DNA from: Raillietiella orientalis
Taxonomy: Eukaryota
Assembly (NCBI GenBank): GCA_036172245.1
Contig: JAYWIR010000001.1
Span: 7,874,001-7,938,000 of the forward strand
DNA: 64,000 nt
Direction: 5' to 3'
A program made the translations under genes and the position numbers. Below, in pieces: positions 1-12,500 of the stretch; within the stretch, counting starts at the first letter, position 1; each line of letters starts with the position of its first letter. Under the pieces are notes generated by a model. That model was not told where the DNA came from and did no database searches. It was given only the letters and a program-made list of their open reading frames with translations.

Positions 1-884
1 GGCCTCGACTTCTGAGATCTCTCTCTCCGAGGAGCAGGGAGGCCTTCGCCTGGGAACGGCCATCCTTCCTGATGCCAGGAAGGTCTAGAGTCGTTGCTTC
101 GATGGCGTAGGAGGCGGGCACGCAAGAAATAGGAAGCAGCGGATCGCGCGGGAGCTCGGGGACGATTTCCTTAGGTGCTCTGCTCTCGCTAATGCAACGT
201 TATCGCGCAAGGAAAGATGGCAAGGAGGGAGACTCGGGGATGCTGCCAGGGATCATAGAGGCAGGGCAAGGAGAGACGGGAAGATCAGTGGAGATCCCGG
301 GGTTGTCTCCGCTGCCTTCCTCGAACCTCCCTTTTCTCTGGACACTTGTCCCGAGAGAGCAGCTTCCGGCAACTATGGAAACCGGAGAGGCAGTCGTACT
401 GTCACATCTTTTGGTCCTTTCCCCCGGCTTCCCGCGGACCAAGGAGAAACGGAGGAGGCTTCCGCGAAGGAAGGGGATTTGATCTGGAGTCCGAGGCGGG
501 GGTTACGGATCGTCCGAAGGTCGAGAAAGGAGGGAACGGCGGCGGTGCCGAAGTTTGTTCTGGAGCTCAGGCGGACTCGGAAAGGGCAAAGGAGCGTCCT
601 CTCCAGAGTGGAGGAAGGGACGAGGGGGCCGATACGCTTGTGCTGGCTCCTTCTCCCCCCTTCTTCCTGCCCTCTCTACTTCTCCCTTCCCGGGAGCATG
701 CTTGCGTGCGGTCGCCTCCAGCAGCCTGGGAAACTGCGGCGAGACGAGCGCAACCTCTCCCCCTCTTCCCGTTCCCCCTTCTCGGAAGGAGAGCGGAGAG
801 AAATCTCGAGGAAGCGCGGGATTCGTCTCTCCGTCCTCCTCGATCCTCCCCGCTCCCGCCGGCTCCGCCAATCCGGAGCTTCCT

Positions 885-940
885 GCAGGTGGCGGCGGGC
901 GCTTCGCGCGCGCGCGCGCGAAGCGCCTACAAACACCTGC
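885..940. promoter_or_regulatory. Interrupted palindrome: perfect 30-bp palindrome with (CG)8 core, flanked symmetrically by inverted E-boxes
   Basis: 898-927 GGCGCTT(CG)8AAGCGCC is its own reverse complement. GCAGGTG (885-891) and CACCTGC (934-940) each sit 6 bp outside it. Structure is seen directly; a regulatory role is inferred. Confidence 0.45.
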
Positions 941-3573
941 GTGTCTGGAGCAGCGTGCCCAACTGCGCCCTCCGCGTGCGCGCACGCGCGAGCTCGCGAG
1001 GAAGCGTGAGGAGGAGGAGGGACGCCTTCTCCCGCGACTCCCTTCGCTCCCTCCCTCCGCGCCCCGCGCTAGGCGAACGCGCGGCACAGGTGCGCCGAGT
1101 GCCGGCGTCAGCGTTTCCGGGGAGGAAGCGCCCCCGAGGGACGCCAAGGAGGGATGCCCCAGCCGGAGACTCTGCCCTGGTTTCTCCTCCCTCCTGCGCA
1201 GCCCAGCCCACCCCACCCCTGCCCATCCTTTGTAATAAACGTGCGTGGAGTGTGGGGAAGGGGAAAGGAGGGGCACGTCCTCGTCTGCCTTGCTCGCCTC
1301 TGGGAGTGACGTCGCCACCCCTCCCGCGCTCGATGCCTCCTGAGGGAGGATATATCCTCCCGCGTTGCCGGGACAACTCCACTCCGACTCTCCAGGGGAG
1401 ACGCCGTCAGGGCGAATGGCACTGGTAGCGACGCCGATTCCTATCCCGGGGAGTATGGACGAACGTTGTCGAACAGGGGTGTTCGCGTTGCCCATCGGCG
1501 ATCAGGGGACGGAGAGGGACATTCGCCGCCCCTACGGGATGGGGGACAGCGGAAGCGAAGGGGTGGGAAAGATGGTGGAGCTCGCTACCCCTTCCTCCGC
1601 TGCGCACTCCCCTCTTCTCTCCGCGAGGGACCGGAACTGCCCTCGTGCGCGCCATTTTCCGGAGTGAGGTGAAGGGAAGAGTGTGGAGACGGTTCCTTCC
1701 GGAACCGCCGTTGCCCCCACCCTTATCTCTCCTCCTCCGCTTGCTGACGAATCCTTGGCAATCTGGTGCGCTGGGGCGGGAACCGAGGGGACAAGAGGAG
1801 GAAGTGGATTGGGGGTGCTGGGAAAAGGAGGGTTCTGAGCTCCTACTGGGATCGAAGAGGGGGCGGGAGTGAGGCGCGCTCCCCAGGAGGAAGCAGGGAG
1901 AGAAGGAAGCCAGGAGGGGAAAGCTGCAGGACTACCGCGGCGGACAGCCGGGAAGAGGGGAGAGGGGCAGGTCGGCGAGCGCGTTTGGCGAGGAACACGC
2001 GGAGCGAGTGGCGGCTCCGCCTCGACTCTCGCTGGATTTCTCCCGCCTCTCCCTCCAGGTCCGCGCAGGTGTTCCCGACACTGCTGCTGTTGCGGCGGCA
2101 GCGCTCCCATCGTCGAGCGCCGTCGGGGGGAGGGATGCAGGGGGAGGCGGAAGTGAGAGAGCCTGAGCGAGGTCACACGGGAGAGCGCGCCCGTCCCTCC
2201 GTTCGCCGACTCTCTGGACTCGTCCTTTCCTCGAACCCCCCCTCATCCTCTCCCCCTCCCTCCAGTTCGGCACATCCGAACCTGCGCGTGATGGACTCTC
2301 CTCCTCCTCCTCCTCTTCTTTTTTTTTCTTTTTTCCTTTTTTCCCCTCTCCTGCGATTCTCTCGAGCGGGAGGGCGACCGGCAGGAGGGAGGAGGAGTCT
2401 CGAAACCCCCGCCTTTCCACGGGAGGACGCGCTCTTTCGGGAGAGGTAGTGGCGGCGGCGCGCGTACGTCTCCCGGGCACGTCGAAGAGACGAGGCGTTA
2501 CGGGACCTCCCCAGCAAACGAGAGTGGCGGCGGGAACCACCGGGAGCACGTCAGCAGGTCGGATCGCAGACGCGAGGGCTGGTCGGCGCCAGGTAGGCAC
2601 CCTCGGGGAAACGGGAAGAGGGGGAAGGGAAGGGGGGGAGGAAGAAAGAGCATCTGGTGGTTGGGTGGAGAGGAAGAAGAGGAGGAGGAAGAGGGAGGGT
2701 GACCCCGAGGTGAGTTTCTCTGAAAAGGGAAGAGGGCAATTTGGTTCGTCCGTCGGGGAACACCGCACCCCGCCCCTGTCCATCCCATTCCTTCTCCTTG
2801 CCTCGCCTACCTGCCGCTGGGTTCCCCCCTCCTGCTTCTATCCTTCGCTCGGAGAACAACTCCTGCATCCCTGAACAACGGCGACTTCCAAGTCGCCCTC
2901 TCGCCCCAACACACGGGGGCAGGGGGCAAGGGCATTGCCCTTCTGTGGAGGTCCGTTCTTCGGACGCGCCCGCTGCCCTGAGTGTTTCTGTTTCTTCCAC
3001 TTCCCGGACCGCTCCCCCACTCCGGAAAGACGTGGCCGATAAACGCGCTCAGGGAACGGAAGGTAGTCACGCGGAGGTTGGGGTGGGCGGGGAGGGAACG
3101 GACTCGAAAAGAAGAAAGACGCGTCCGCCGGCCACTTTGCGCTCGTCTTCTTTCTCTCGAAGAGACGCGCGCGCGCGCCTCCGTGGGTTGGAGCTCAGGG
3201 CACATGACCGAGGGACGGAAGGTGGGAGAACCTTCTGCGGATCTCTGGTGCTCCGGGGAGAGGGGAAGGGGGAATGAATGGGATGAGCAAGGGTAGGGTG
3301 GATAGAAGAGGGTGGACGGGGCGAGGAAACGGGAAGCCGAGAGGTGGACGGCCCTCCTTCCTTCCCTGTTTTTCGCCTCCCGCGCGGTCCCCTCGTCGGG
3401 TGCATGAAGTGTCTCATTCCTGCTCTTTTTCTCTCCTCCCACCCTCGCCCTCTCTTCAGCTCGCACCCCCACAAGGACCTTCACCACGCGACCGGCTCCG
3501 GGAGGAACAAATCACCGCCTGGCGACCCTGTCGGAGAACAGGGCCCACCTCCCCTTTCCCACTTGCCCTCGGC

Positions 3574-6500
3574 ATGGAGGGCCCGTCTCACCCGGTCCCT
3601 CCCTACTACGACTACTCCGCCACAGGTGCTCACCCGAAGCAGGACCCAGGGGGCGTCGGAGGCGGCGACCTGCAGGGCCAGAAAGCGCGGTCTGACGCGA
3701 AGAGACCCAGGATTCTCATCCAGAACTCTGCAGCCGGGAAGGGCGAGGTCCTCCTGACCTCTTCCTCCTCCTCCTCCTCCTCCTCCACAGCCGCCACCAC
3801 CACCACCACCAAACCCTCGGAAGCATCCGAAGCGGTTGCACAGAAGAAGGAGCCGCGGAGCCTGGTGGTTGGCGACAAAGCGGCTTTCCTCGCGCGCAAG
3901 GCGGAAACGAAGCAGCAGCAGTTCTGCGACTACCAGGGCAGCAGCAGCGGTGAGGGCGGCGGCGGCGGCGGCGGCTGCGCGGAAGGAGGTGACGCGATCA
4001 AGGCCAACGGGCAGCCAGTCAAGAAGAGACCCTTCAACCCGATTTCTTCCTCTTCTGCACCCACTTCCTCCTCCTCCTCCTCTTCGTGCGCACCCTCCGC
4101 GTCTGCTGCCGCTGTCTCCGCCACCACCTCTACCGCCTACGACGTGGAATTGCAGAAGGAGGACGGCTACAAGATGCCTCTTCCTACCGCCCCTGCCTCG
4201 CAGCAGCAGCAGCAGCAGCAGCCTCCTTCGGAGGCGGTTGCCGGGGCGGCAGCGGCGGAGAAGGAGGCAGCTCTTTCGTGCGCCGCCGCCGCCGCTGCCG
4301 CCGAGGGCAAGACGTACGCCGACCTGGACAAGTCGAGTGTGCTGTACCAGCCGTACGTTCAAGATGGAGTGCTGACGTACGCGCCCCTCCTGAGCGCCGA
4401 CACCATGGAGACCTACAATCCCCCCGCCTTCGCCCCCGTGTTCTCCGGCTCCAACGGTAACCCCGTGGGTTCCTGCTCCACCGTGATGCAAAGTAGCTAC
4501 GTGCCCATGAACTCCCCGGAATTTATCTCTTATCATTCTCTAGAAGATTCTGTGAGGGCCGTGTACGGCTCTTTCGCATCGGGGATCCAAGACGGATTCA
4601 TGCCGCTCCCCGAGCCTCCCTTCAACCCCTACGCGCTAGCCAGTTACCAAATAAAAGAATTCTCCTCCTCCTCCTCCTCCTTTAACAGCATCAAGGGAGA
4701 AGACAAGGACGCCTCCGCCTCGAGGACCACCGCCTATCACGCCAAGATCGACCTGTCCGGCGGCGGCCTCAAGAAACCCTCCAAGAGGGCGTCCCACGGC
4801 GAAAGATCTGAAGGTACCAGTGCCTTTCTTTTGCATACCTCCTACCCCCCACATGTCCTCCCAGTCCCCGCGTCTTCCTCCTCCCATTCCTCCCTCCTGC
4901 TAGTCGAATGCCGCATCGCTGCTGCTTCTGCCACGCCCTCTTTGGTGAGGGTAGGGATCTCATAGACCGCGGGCGGCTTCTTGCCATTCGGGAATGGAGG
5001 AAGCGGTAGCACGAGGGCGGTGACCCGAAGGGACGCGATTCCCCCGCTCCTCTCCGGAGGAAGAGGAGGATTGGAGAGAGCGCCTCCCTCGCGCGGCGGG
5101 TTCCTGCTTTGAGCTATGGGGACGTGGGACGCGCCCCAGCGTCTACGGTAGACTGCGAGAGGGGTAGAGATGTCCCTCAGGAAGGGACTCTTCCCCTCTT
5201 CCTTCTCGCTGGATGGTAATCCCTGAACCCTCGCTCCGCCCATTCGGGCCGGGAGTTGGACGGGGGAGGGAGGAAGAGAGCCGCATCCTCTGGATCTTCC
5301 GTGCCGCGGGGAGACTCGGTCCCACAGGCTCTCGAAGGGTCAGTCGGTCCACGAGGTCCGCCGGTGCAGGCGCAGGCGGTCCGGGAAGAGCAGAGCATCG
5401 TTTTCGTTTCATCAGCTTTTTTAAATATATGTTTCCGAAACTTCCATTTTCATTTTTCTCTTGAAGGAAGTTTCGGAATGAAAATGGAAACTCCAGACTG
5501 GAGTCGGCGTTCCCTCCCCTCCCCTTCCCCCAATCCTGTCAACCCTCCCCCCCTCCCAGGACCTCCCCCCTCCGACGCAGAAGGAGTCGGACTGAACGCG
5601 TACGCCTGGAAGGAGGGGAAGGAAGAGATCCCCGTCTCCGCCCTCCGGAAAGACAGCGAGGAGAGTGGGGACAGCCGCCGTGCGAGGAAGGGGTTCCGGA
5701 AGCCCTGCGGGGCTGCCCGCTTTCCGGAGGAGCGCCAGGCGAGATCTGCCGGAGGAATTACGCGGGGACCGGGATCGGGGAGCCATGGAGAAGGAGACGC
5801 GCGACGCCCAGGAGAGACGCCGCGCGGGATGTTCACGGGGAGACGGTGGTCGCAGACACCGGAAATTAGAGGGAGTCACCCTCGGACGTGTGGGAACTCA
5901 GCCGCAGAGGGGACTGAGACGCGCGCAGACTGGCAGAGTGAACTGGGAAGTGAGGGGGAGGGGGCTGAGGATGGGAAAAGGGGCGGGAGGAAGGACTGTC
6001 GAGAGCCTCAGGGAGCGCAGGGGTGGAGTGAGGCCAGGCTGTCCCGCGGCGCTGCAAGCAAACTACGTGGACACCCCCATGCCCGCCGTCTTGGACGAAG
6101 AGAGCGAGTACCTCCCGGAAGAGGTGGGAAAGCCGGAAAGCGGACATATTCGTAGGTCTCGAAAGGTCCCCGCCACCGCGGACACTCTCCCTGTTCTTTG
6201 TTTATCTGCATTCCTTCCCAGCCCTCCCCCCCCTTTTCCCCCAACCCCTGTCTGAAAGGCATCGCCCACTGGGATAGAGGGGGCTAATCCCAGAGACCTG
6301 ACATGCGAAGAGGTGAAGTGGAAGAGAAGCTCTGGGAAAAGCAGGCCTGAGAGTCGCCATGGTAGCCTACCCTCGCTTTCCTCCCTCCCCTTTTCATTTC
6401 AGGAGGATCCGCGAGCCACCGCCGTCCTCCCCACCCCACCGGATAGGGCATCTGATGTTCTCTCTCTTCTCCTTCTTGCTTCTTCCCCATCTGCTCCCAC

Positions 6501-9500
6501 TTCCAGACGCAACTCCAGCCGCCGGCCTTCGTCGCACCGCCTTCCGTCCGTCCTCGAGAGCGGCGCCTGCGCGTTTTGGCCTTTTCCTGCGCTCCGTGCT
6601 TATGTCACGCAGAGTCCCAGCCAATCGCAGAGTCTCAGGTTTTCGGTCCGCACCGCGGTATTGGGGTGACTGGTTGGTCAGTGGGGGTCATCCGCTCACG
6701 GCTCAGGGAGGGCGGAGGACCTGATCAGCGGTGGAACCAGCGGGAGGAGGGAAGGATGGCCGATGGGAGGGGGAGGGGGAGAAGGAAGGGGGGACAGACG
6801 CCTACCCTCTATCTGACCCCGGCTTGCATGCCTGCCCTCCGCCTCCCGACTCTCTTGCTTATCACCCTCATCTTTTTCCAGAGTACCGGCGCACGGCCTG
6901 TGACAGGGAGAGGACACGGATGAAGGACATGAACAGAGCCTTCGAAATCCTCAAGGCGAAGCTCCCGTACTGCAAGTCCCCCGGGAAGAAGCTTTCCAAG
7001 ATCGAGTGTCTGAGGTGAGAGGACGGCTGAGGGGGAGTGTAACGGGAGAGATCGCTCTTTCTCGCGCTCGAGTCGCCGCCGCTTTTCTCCGGTCGGTCTG
7101 CTGCTAGTCTCTTCGGCAAAACTACTGTCTCCTCCTCCCTCTCCCCTTCTTGTCGACTCTGGGATCCTCTGAGGAGCTCCTGGGGGGTTTCCTGAGACCC
7201 CTTCCATCGCTCGTTCCAAGCTCCTTACTCTCCCTGGCGCAGGGGTGCCCAGTCGGGGGGAGTTGCCATGACAGATACTTCCCCCATCTCTCCTGTGCCT
7301 TCTTACGCTTCCTGTCGCATTCCTGCCTCGCCTGCACCACGTCCACTCCCCATCCCACTTTTTATCCCCCTACCCCTTGCATTCCTGCGTTCCATCTGCT
7401 AGAGCCGGAACGCGGCACCGGCGATACCACGAGGAGCTCGTCGAACCTGCCCTGCGTCGCCTGCGGATCTGGAAAAAGGGGGAAGGGAGGGGGGAGGAAA
7501 AATGATGGGAGAGAAAGAGGAGGGATTCCCCCTTGCGTTCCTCTCATTTGCTCGCCCGAGGCAGCTGCGCAATGCTGTGGGGACTGAGAAACCCTGAGAA
7601 GCGTGTCCCTTACCTGCGCGCGTGCCTTCGGGCTTTCCGCAGGAGTACTCCTGAGTACTGTCCCTTTGCAAACAGAAAGGTTCCCCGTTCCCCGTTGGGA
7701 AAACCCGAGGAGCATGGGAAGGACCGGTGCGACCAACCACGCAAGATCGAGATCGAACGACAGCGCAATTGTTTTCGGATGGTTGCCGTGCAGTTTGGCA
7801 GCGGCGGTCTGAAACGGGAGCGGATGATTGAGAGAGACAGAGAGAGAGAGGAGGAGGAGGAGGAAGAGGAAGAAGAAGAGGGGATAATTGCTCATCGTGA
7901 CGTCAGGAAGTGGTTGCATGGCGCCAGCGAAGAGACCAGCACTCCGAAAGTCTGAAGCCGCTCTTTCGAGAAAGAATGCCCGCTGAGCATCTTGCTGGGT
8001 ACTCCCGCCGTGCTAAATGGAGGCGTGCGAGTGAGAGGTGTTTGGATTGGAGAGGAGGGAAGCGAGTGTGCCCCTTCATGCGAATTTGTATGAAGATTTC
8101 AACAACATCCAGTATATACACATACACGTATATGGATGTCTGCACACACACACACAAAAAAGGGAAAATCCACGAATCCGCGATGTGCATTTTTTCTTTA
8201 TTTTTCATTTTTGTCCACCACTCCATGTGTGACGTGTTGTTTTTGTATTTTTGTCTTACTCCAACATGTGAGGAGTTTGGCAACGGAACTCTTTTGAGAC
8301 TTCCAAGGAAACAACGTGACGGATGCGTTCGTCCTCTCCCTTTTTCCACAAATCCGAGTGACGCGAAGGCGCGGCAGCTTTCGGACTTCGTCGCCCATGA
8401 GGAACTGAAAGTTTTTTTCCCAACTGGGGCCGGACAGACAGAACTCCCTACGCCGCCGTAGCTTTGGCATCGATGAATTCCGCCTTCACTCTTCCTTGTA
8501 TGCCTTCTGGGAAGCAGCCATGGTTTTTACGTGGTGGTGTTTCACTCGATCCAACGTTGGCAAACGTTAAAAACAGCCCAGAGATGGAGTCGAGTGCTCC
8601 CGATTGCAGTAGCCCCTTTGCAAACAAACGGCATTGGGACTGCCGTACAGTGCATAATGAAGGTTCTGCACCTTGACAAAAGAGCAACAAGCAGTAAGAA
8701 TCTCAGTTCTCAACTATAGGAGAAAAAACAAAAATTAACTTCCCTCTTTTCTTTCCTTCTTCCATTTTTTTGCCTCAGGCAAAACCACGCAATCAGATCT
8801 TGCTATTGCTTCATTAAGTGCGTTTAAGTGGTTCTTCGTATTGTGCTTTGAGACTTCTGCCGTTTGTTCTGCTCCTTCCTTTTTCCTTTTTGTCGCTTTT
8901 CTCAAATGTGCATGCGTTCATTGAGAAATGGGACGTTTTGTATCTTTGATGGCGTCTATGTGATCTTTGCTTCAGAAAGTTCGTGAAAATTCGCCACTGA
9001 TTTCCCGTCTTCATTCATCGAAAGACCAGTGGTCAAGGAAACTTTTTGGAATGAGCGTATTCACTATTGGCAGGGAATTTAGCATGAAACCATAAACTGC
9101 AAATTTATTACTGCCCTTATTTAATCGGCTCCCGTTTTCCTTCGAATTTTGCAGAGAAAAAGAAGCACACATTTTAACATTTGCATTCCTAATTCTCAAA
9201 ATGTCACCAAGCGAGATGATAAATCGTTTATCGAAATTACAAATGAATAACTTTATGATATTTTAAGAACTTAAGCCACGAGAATTTAAGAGCACTGCTG
9301 AGCATAATTTGTTATTACTATCATCTCTAATATTACGGGTTTGCATCAAGGGAACGTTAAGGTTGAAATGAATTGTGAATATGGAAATCGTTTCATCAGC
9401 TTTTTTAAATATATGTTTCCGAAACTTCCATTTTCATTTTTCTCTTGAAGGAAGTTTCAGAATGAAAATGGAAACTCCAGACTGGAAACAAAAATCCGGC

Positions 9501-12500
9501 TCACCATTCTCAAGCATTGAATTTATTTTTTAAAAAGGGAGTGTAGGGGGGAACTATCGAAACGGTTGGCTTGGTTTTCAAGAGAGAAAAGAGGTGATTA
9601 TATAAAATTTTGCAAGAATTTCTCAACAACATCTGTATTTGAGAATAAAGAAGAAAAGTGAATTTTTCAATTAGTTACTCTGCTAATGCCTAATAAAGTG
9701 AAAAGTGTCTCGAATATGTTGATTTGTGCTCAGTCGTGTGCACAAAGATCTGACCCACTTGGAGATCCTACAAGCATCTTCACTGTCAGTTTTGAAGCAC
9801 TTTTCCCTGTTTGAAAATGCTTTGAGCTCTTCCTTTATTGAGTATTTCCTTAAGAATTGCATTTTTTTTGCTGGATGTTAGCAGTACCGTCGACAAGTTT
9901 CCTTTTCTCGCAAGTTTCAGTCTTTCCGTTGTTTCTATGATATTTTAGACTTACTCTTTGAAGATTTCATTGATTCGCTTTTCTATTCTTTACTTTTAGG
10001 AAGAACTTGAAAGAAGCGCCATCTCCTGTATAAGTTTAATGGGTTCACCTAATTTGCAACTTTCTATCTCTTCGCAGACTAATCACTTATGTGTTTATGC
10101 TCGCAAAACTTTAGTCCATGACTTCATATAGAGCCAGCCGTCCGTCATATTGAGCATATCGTCAAACTCGTTTAGATTAGCAAGCTCCGAAAGAGAAATA
10201 AGGGAAAGGAGTATATATAAATCCGATGCGATTTTCGTGCTATTCAATATAGGAGCTTTATAATCCGTACTTTATGCAAATCACCTTAAAAAACAGTAAT
10301 TCTGGATGCACACAATATGAAAGGGCAGTGGTAATACTGTCGCGCTCTAGTTTCTTCTATACATTGCGGTCGCCTTCGCATAAAACGCGAATATGAAAAT
10401 CGAAAAATTAGGGCCTACAACTTTGAAACTTTGATTGATAAATCGTAGGACATCTAAAGACGTAACATCAGATGGTGATGTAAGTACGTGAGTAGGCACG
10501 TATGAAGGCACAGGTGCTTCCCAAAGTTAATGAATAAATACTCGGATATCACCGAAGAGAAAATGTTCCAACGTTGATGAAGCACTAAAGCTGGATGTTG
10601 AGCGTCTTGTTCTTTGCATAGTTATTTAACAACTCGAGATCAAGACACAAAATCACTTTCACTCTATTCAAAAGGAGAGCACATTTCTTGCCTTTAAATT
10701 CACGAATTGCATCATAAATCTTAGCGAAGATTCTGTACTCGTACATGTATAGTTGTCCTATTTATTTGTTTCAAACAGTGACGCAGGTATTCCTCTATGC
10801 AAGGTTCACAAAAAGATTAGATTACTTTCTAAACGTGAATTCCGAAGCATTTACGGATAATGCGTACAATAGTAAAGAAACAAAAGAAAATCAAGTTGTC
10901 GTATCTTTTCAAGCAAAAATTGTAAAAAGAACTTGTAAATAAGCTTGGTTGAAAAAAAACAAAAGCGTAGGACATCTACATTTGCATTCAAAATTCGAGG
11001 AAGAGATAGATTGGCTCTCCTTCGATCCCTGAAGTCCCGGTATGCTACAGCAGAATCATATTTTGACTTCAAAAATTCAGCAGAATTCAGTCTACGGATA
11101 CTCCACGGTTCACCAGACGGGTAAAAAGTTGCTGGGGCGACATGGAGCGAGTAGACCCTTAGACCTCAGCTTTGAATTCTGATTTCACAGAACCGACACG
11201 GCAATCAAGTAATCATGCACTCCAGTCTGGATAGAAATCGACATGGCTTTGAACAGGAGGGCACGAATCGTGTGCATAGTCACATTCAAATAGTGCTCGT
11301 AACAGTATTTTGAAGGAAAAAAAAGTAATGAATCCCTTGAATTCCCGTCATTTCAGATGAATAAAGAATTACTTTCCAAAGGTTCATCTAAATAACACTC
11401 CATTATCGATTTCCTATTCGTCAGGACATTAAGCTTTCTAAACATTATTGTTCGCTATTAGTGTTTTCGTGTTTTCTCCTGGCTAAGCTTAGACTAGAAT
11501 TTCAGCCCCTTCCAAGAGCAATTTATATTGCTTTTGAAAGGGGTGAATTTCTAGGATTTTGATTACAAACATCGGATTCCATTTGGGAGTGAAAAGTCAT
11601 TTTGTGACTCCTGCTAGCAACCGATCTTGGCACCACAGAGAATTTCAAATCAGACCAATTTAAGAAATGAGACGAATTTTGAAAATTATGCGAATATGGG
11701 AATCGACATTTCCAAGTGTCTCCTGATGCACAAAAATTTTCCTTGCTAGATACAATAGTTTTCGCTATTTTGATTGGAATTCGTCGAAAAACATGCATGA
11801 GGAGCATCGTTTCTTCAGGTGGGGTTTTCGTTAACTTTCATAGAGCTGATTGCTCTTGAGCGCTTTAGTAAAACTCATGTGGAGCATTTCTTTAGCATTC
11901 ATGACAGTGCCTTACGAGGAACGCAATTATACTAATCACGGAACTGAAGAATGTTCAGATTAACATGTCATGTATTAATTATCAGAGAAGGGGTGAACGA
12001 AAAAAATATTCGAGTTTTTACAAACGTCTTTACATGAAGGAATGCTTTATTTCGACGAATGCGAACTGAGATAGCGTAGAGCTGGTACTGCTGCATTGCA
12101 AAATGGCACGATCATCAAATGATGCAAGACAAGAAGAGTTAGGCTTATCGTTTGCGGATTAGTGATGTTCCCGTGTAGATTTGGAAAACAATACGTGCTT
12201 CGAAAGTTAAGCTCCTTTTATTTTAAAAAGCAGTGCATATGAACTTTGCTTAAAGGGCAAAGTTTGCTGAACAGCTTCGAGCTTCCCGGTAAGCAATTCT
12301 TTCGATAGCATGCACACTCAGAAGACAATAAATGGGAAAACAAACAAGGGAGCGGAGATCATCAAGGTTGTTATTTGGATGACAAGAAAATACAGGACCA
12401 TGTTTGCAGCACTCAACTGACGCCTGTGAAACTGGTGAAGGAAAACCTACATCAACAAGTAACATGGAGAGAGCCTTTGCTCAGGAAACCAAAAGACCAT

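Noticed and set aside
192-3500. Many long overlapping ORFs on both strands (up to 360 aa)
   Set aside because: Expected from stop-codon scarcity in very GC-rich DNA; Arg/Pro/Gly-rich with no recognisable domain.
3481-4536. 351-aa minus-strand ORF
   Set aside because: Antisense shadow of the GC3-rich bHLH exon 1.
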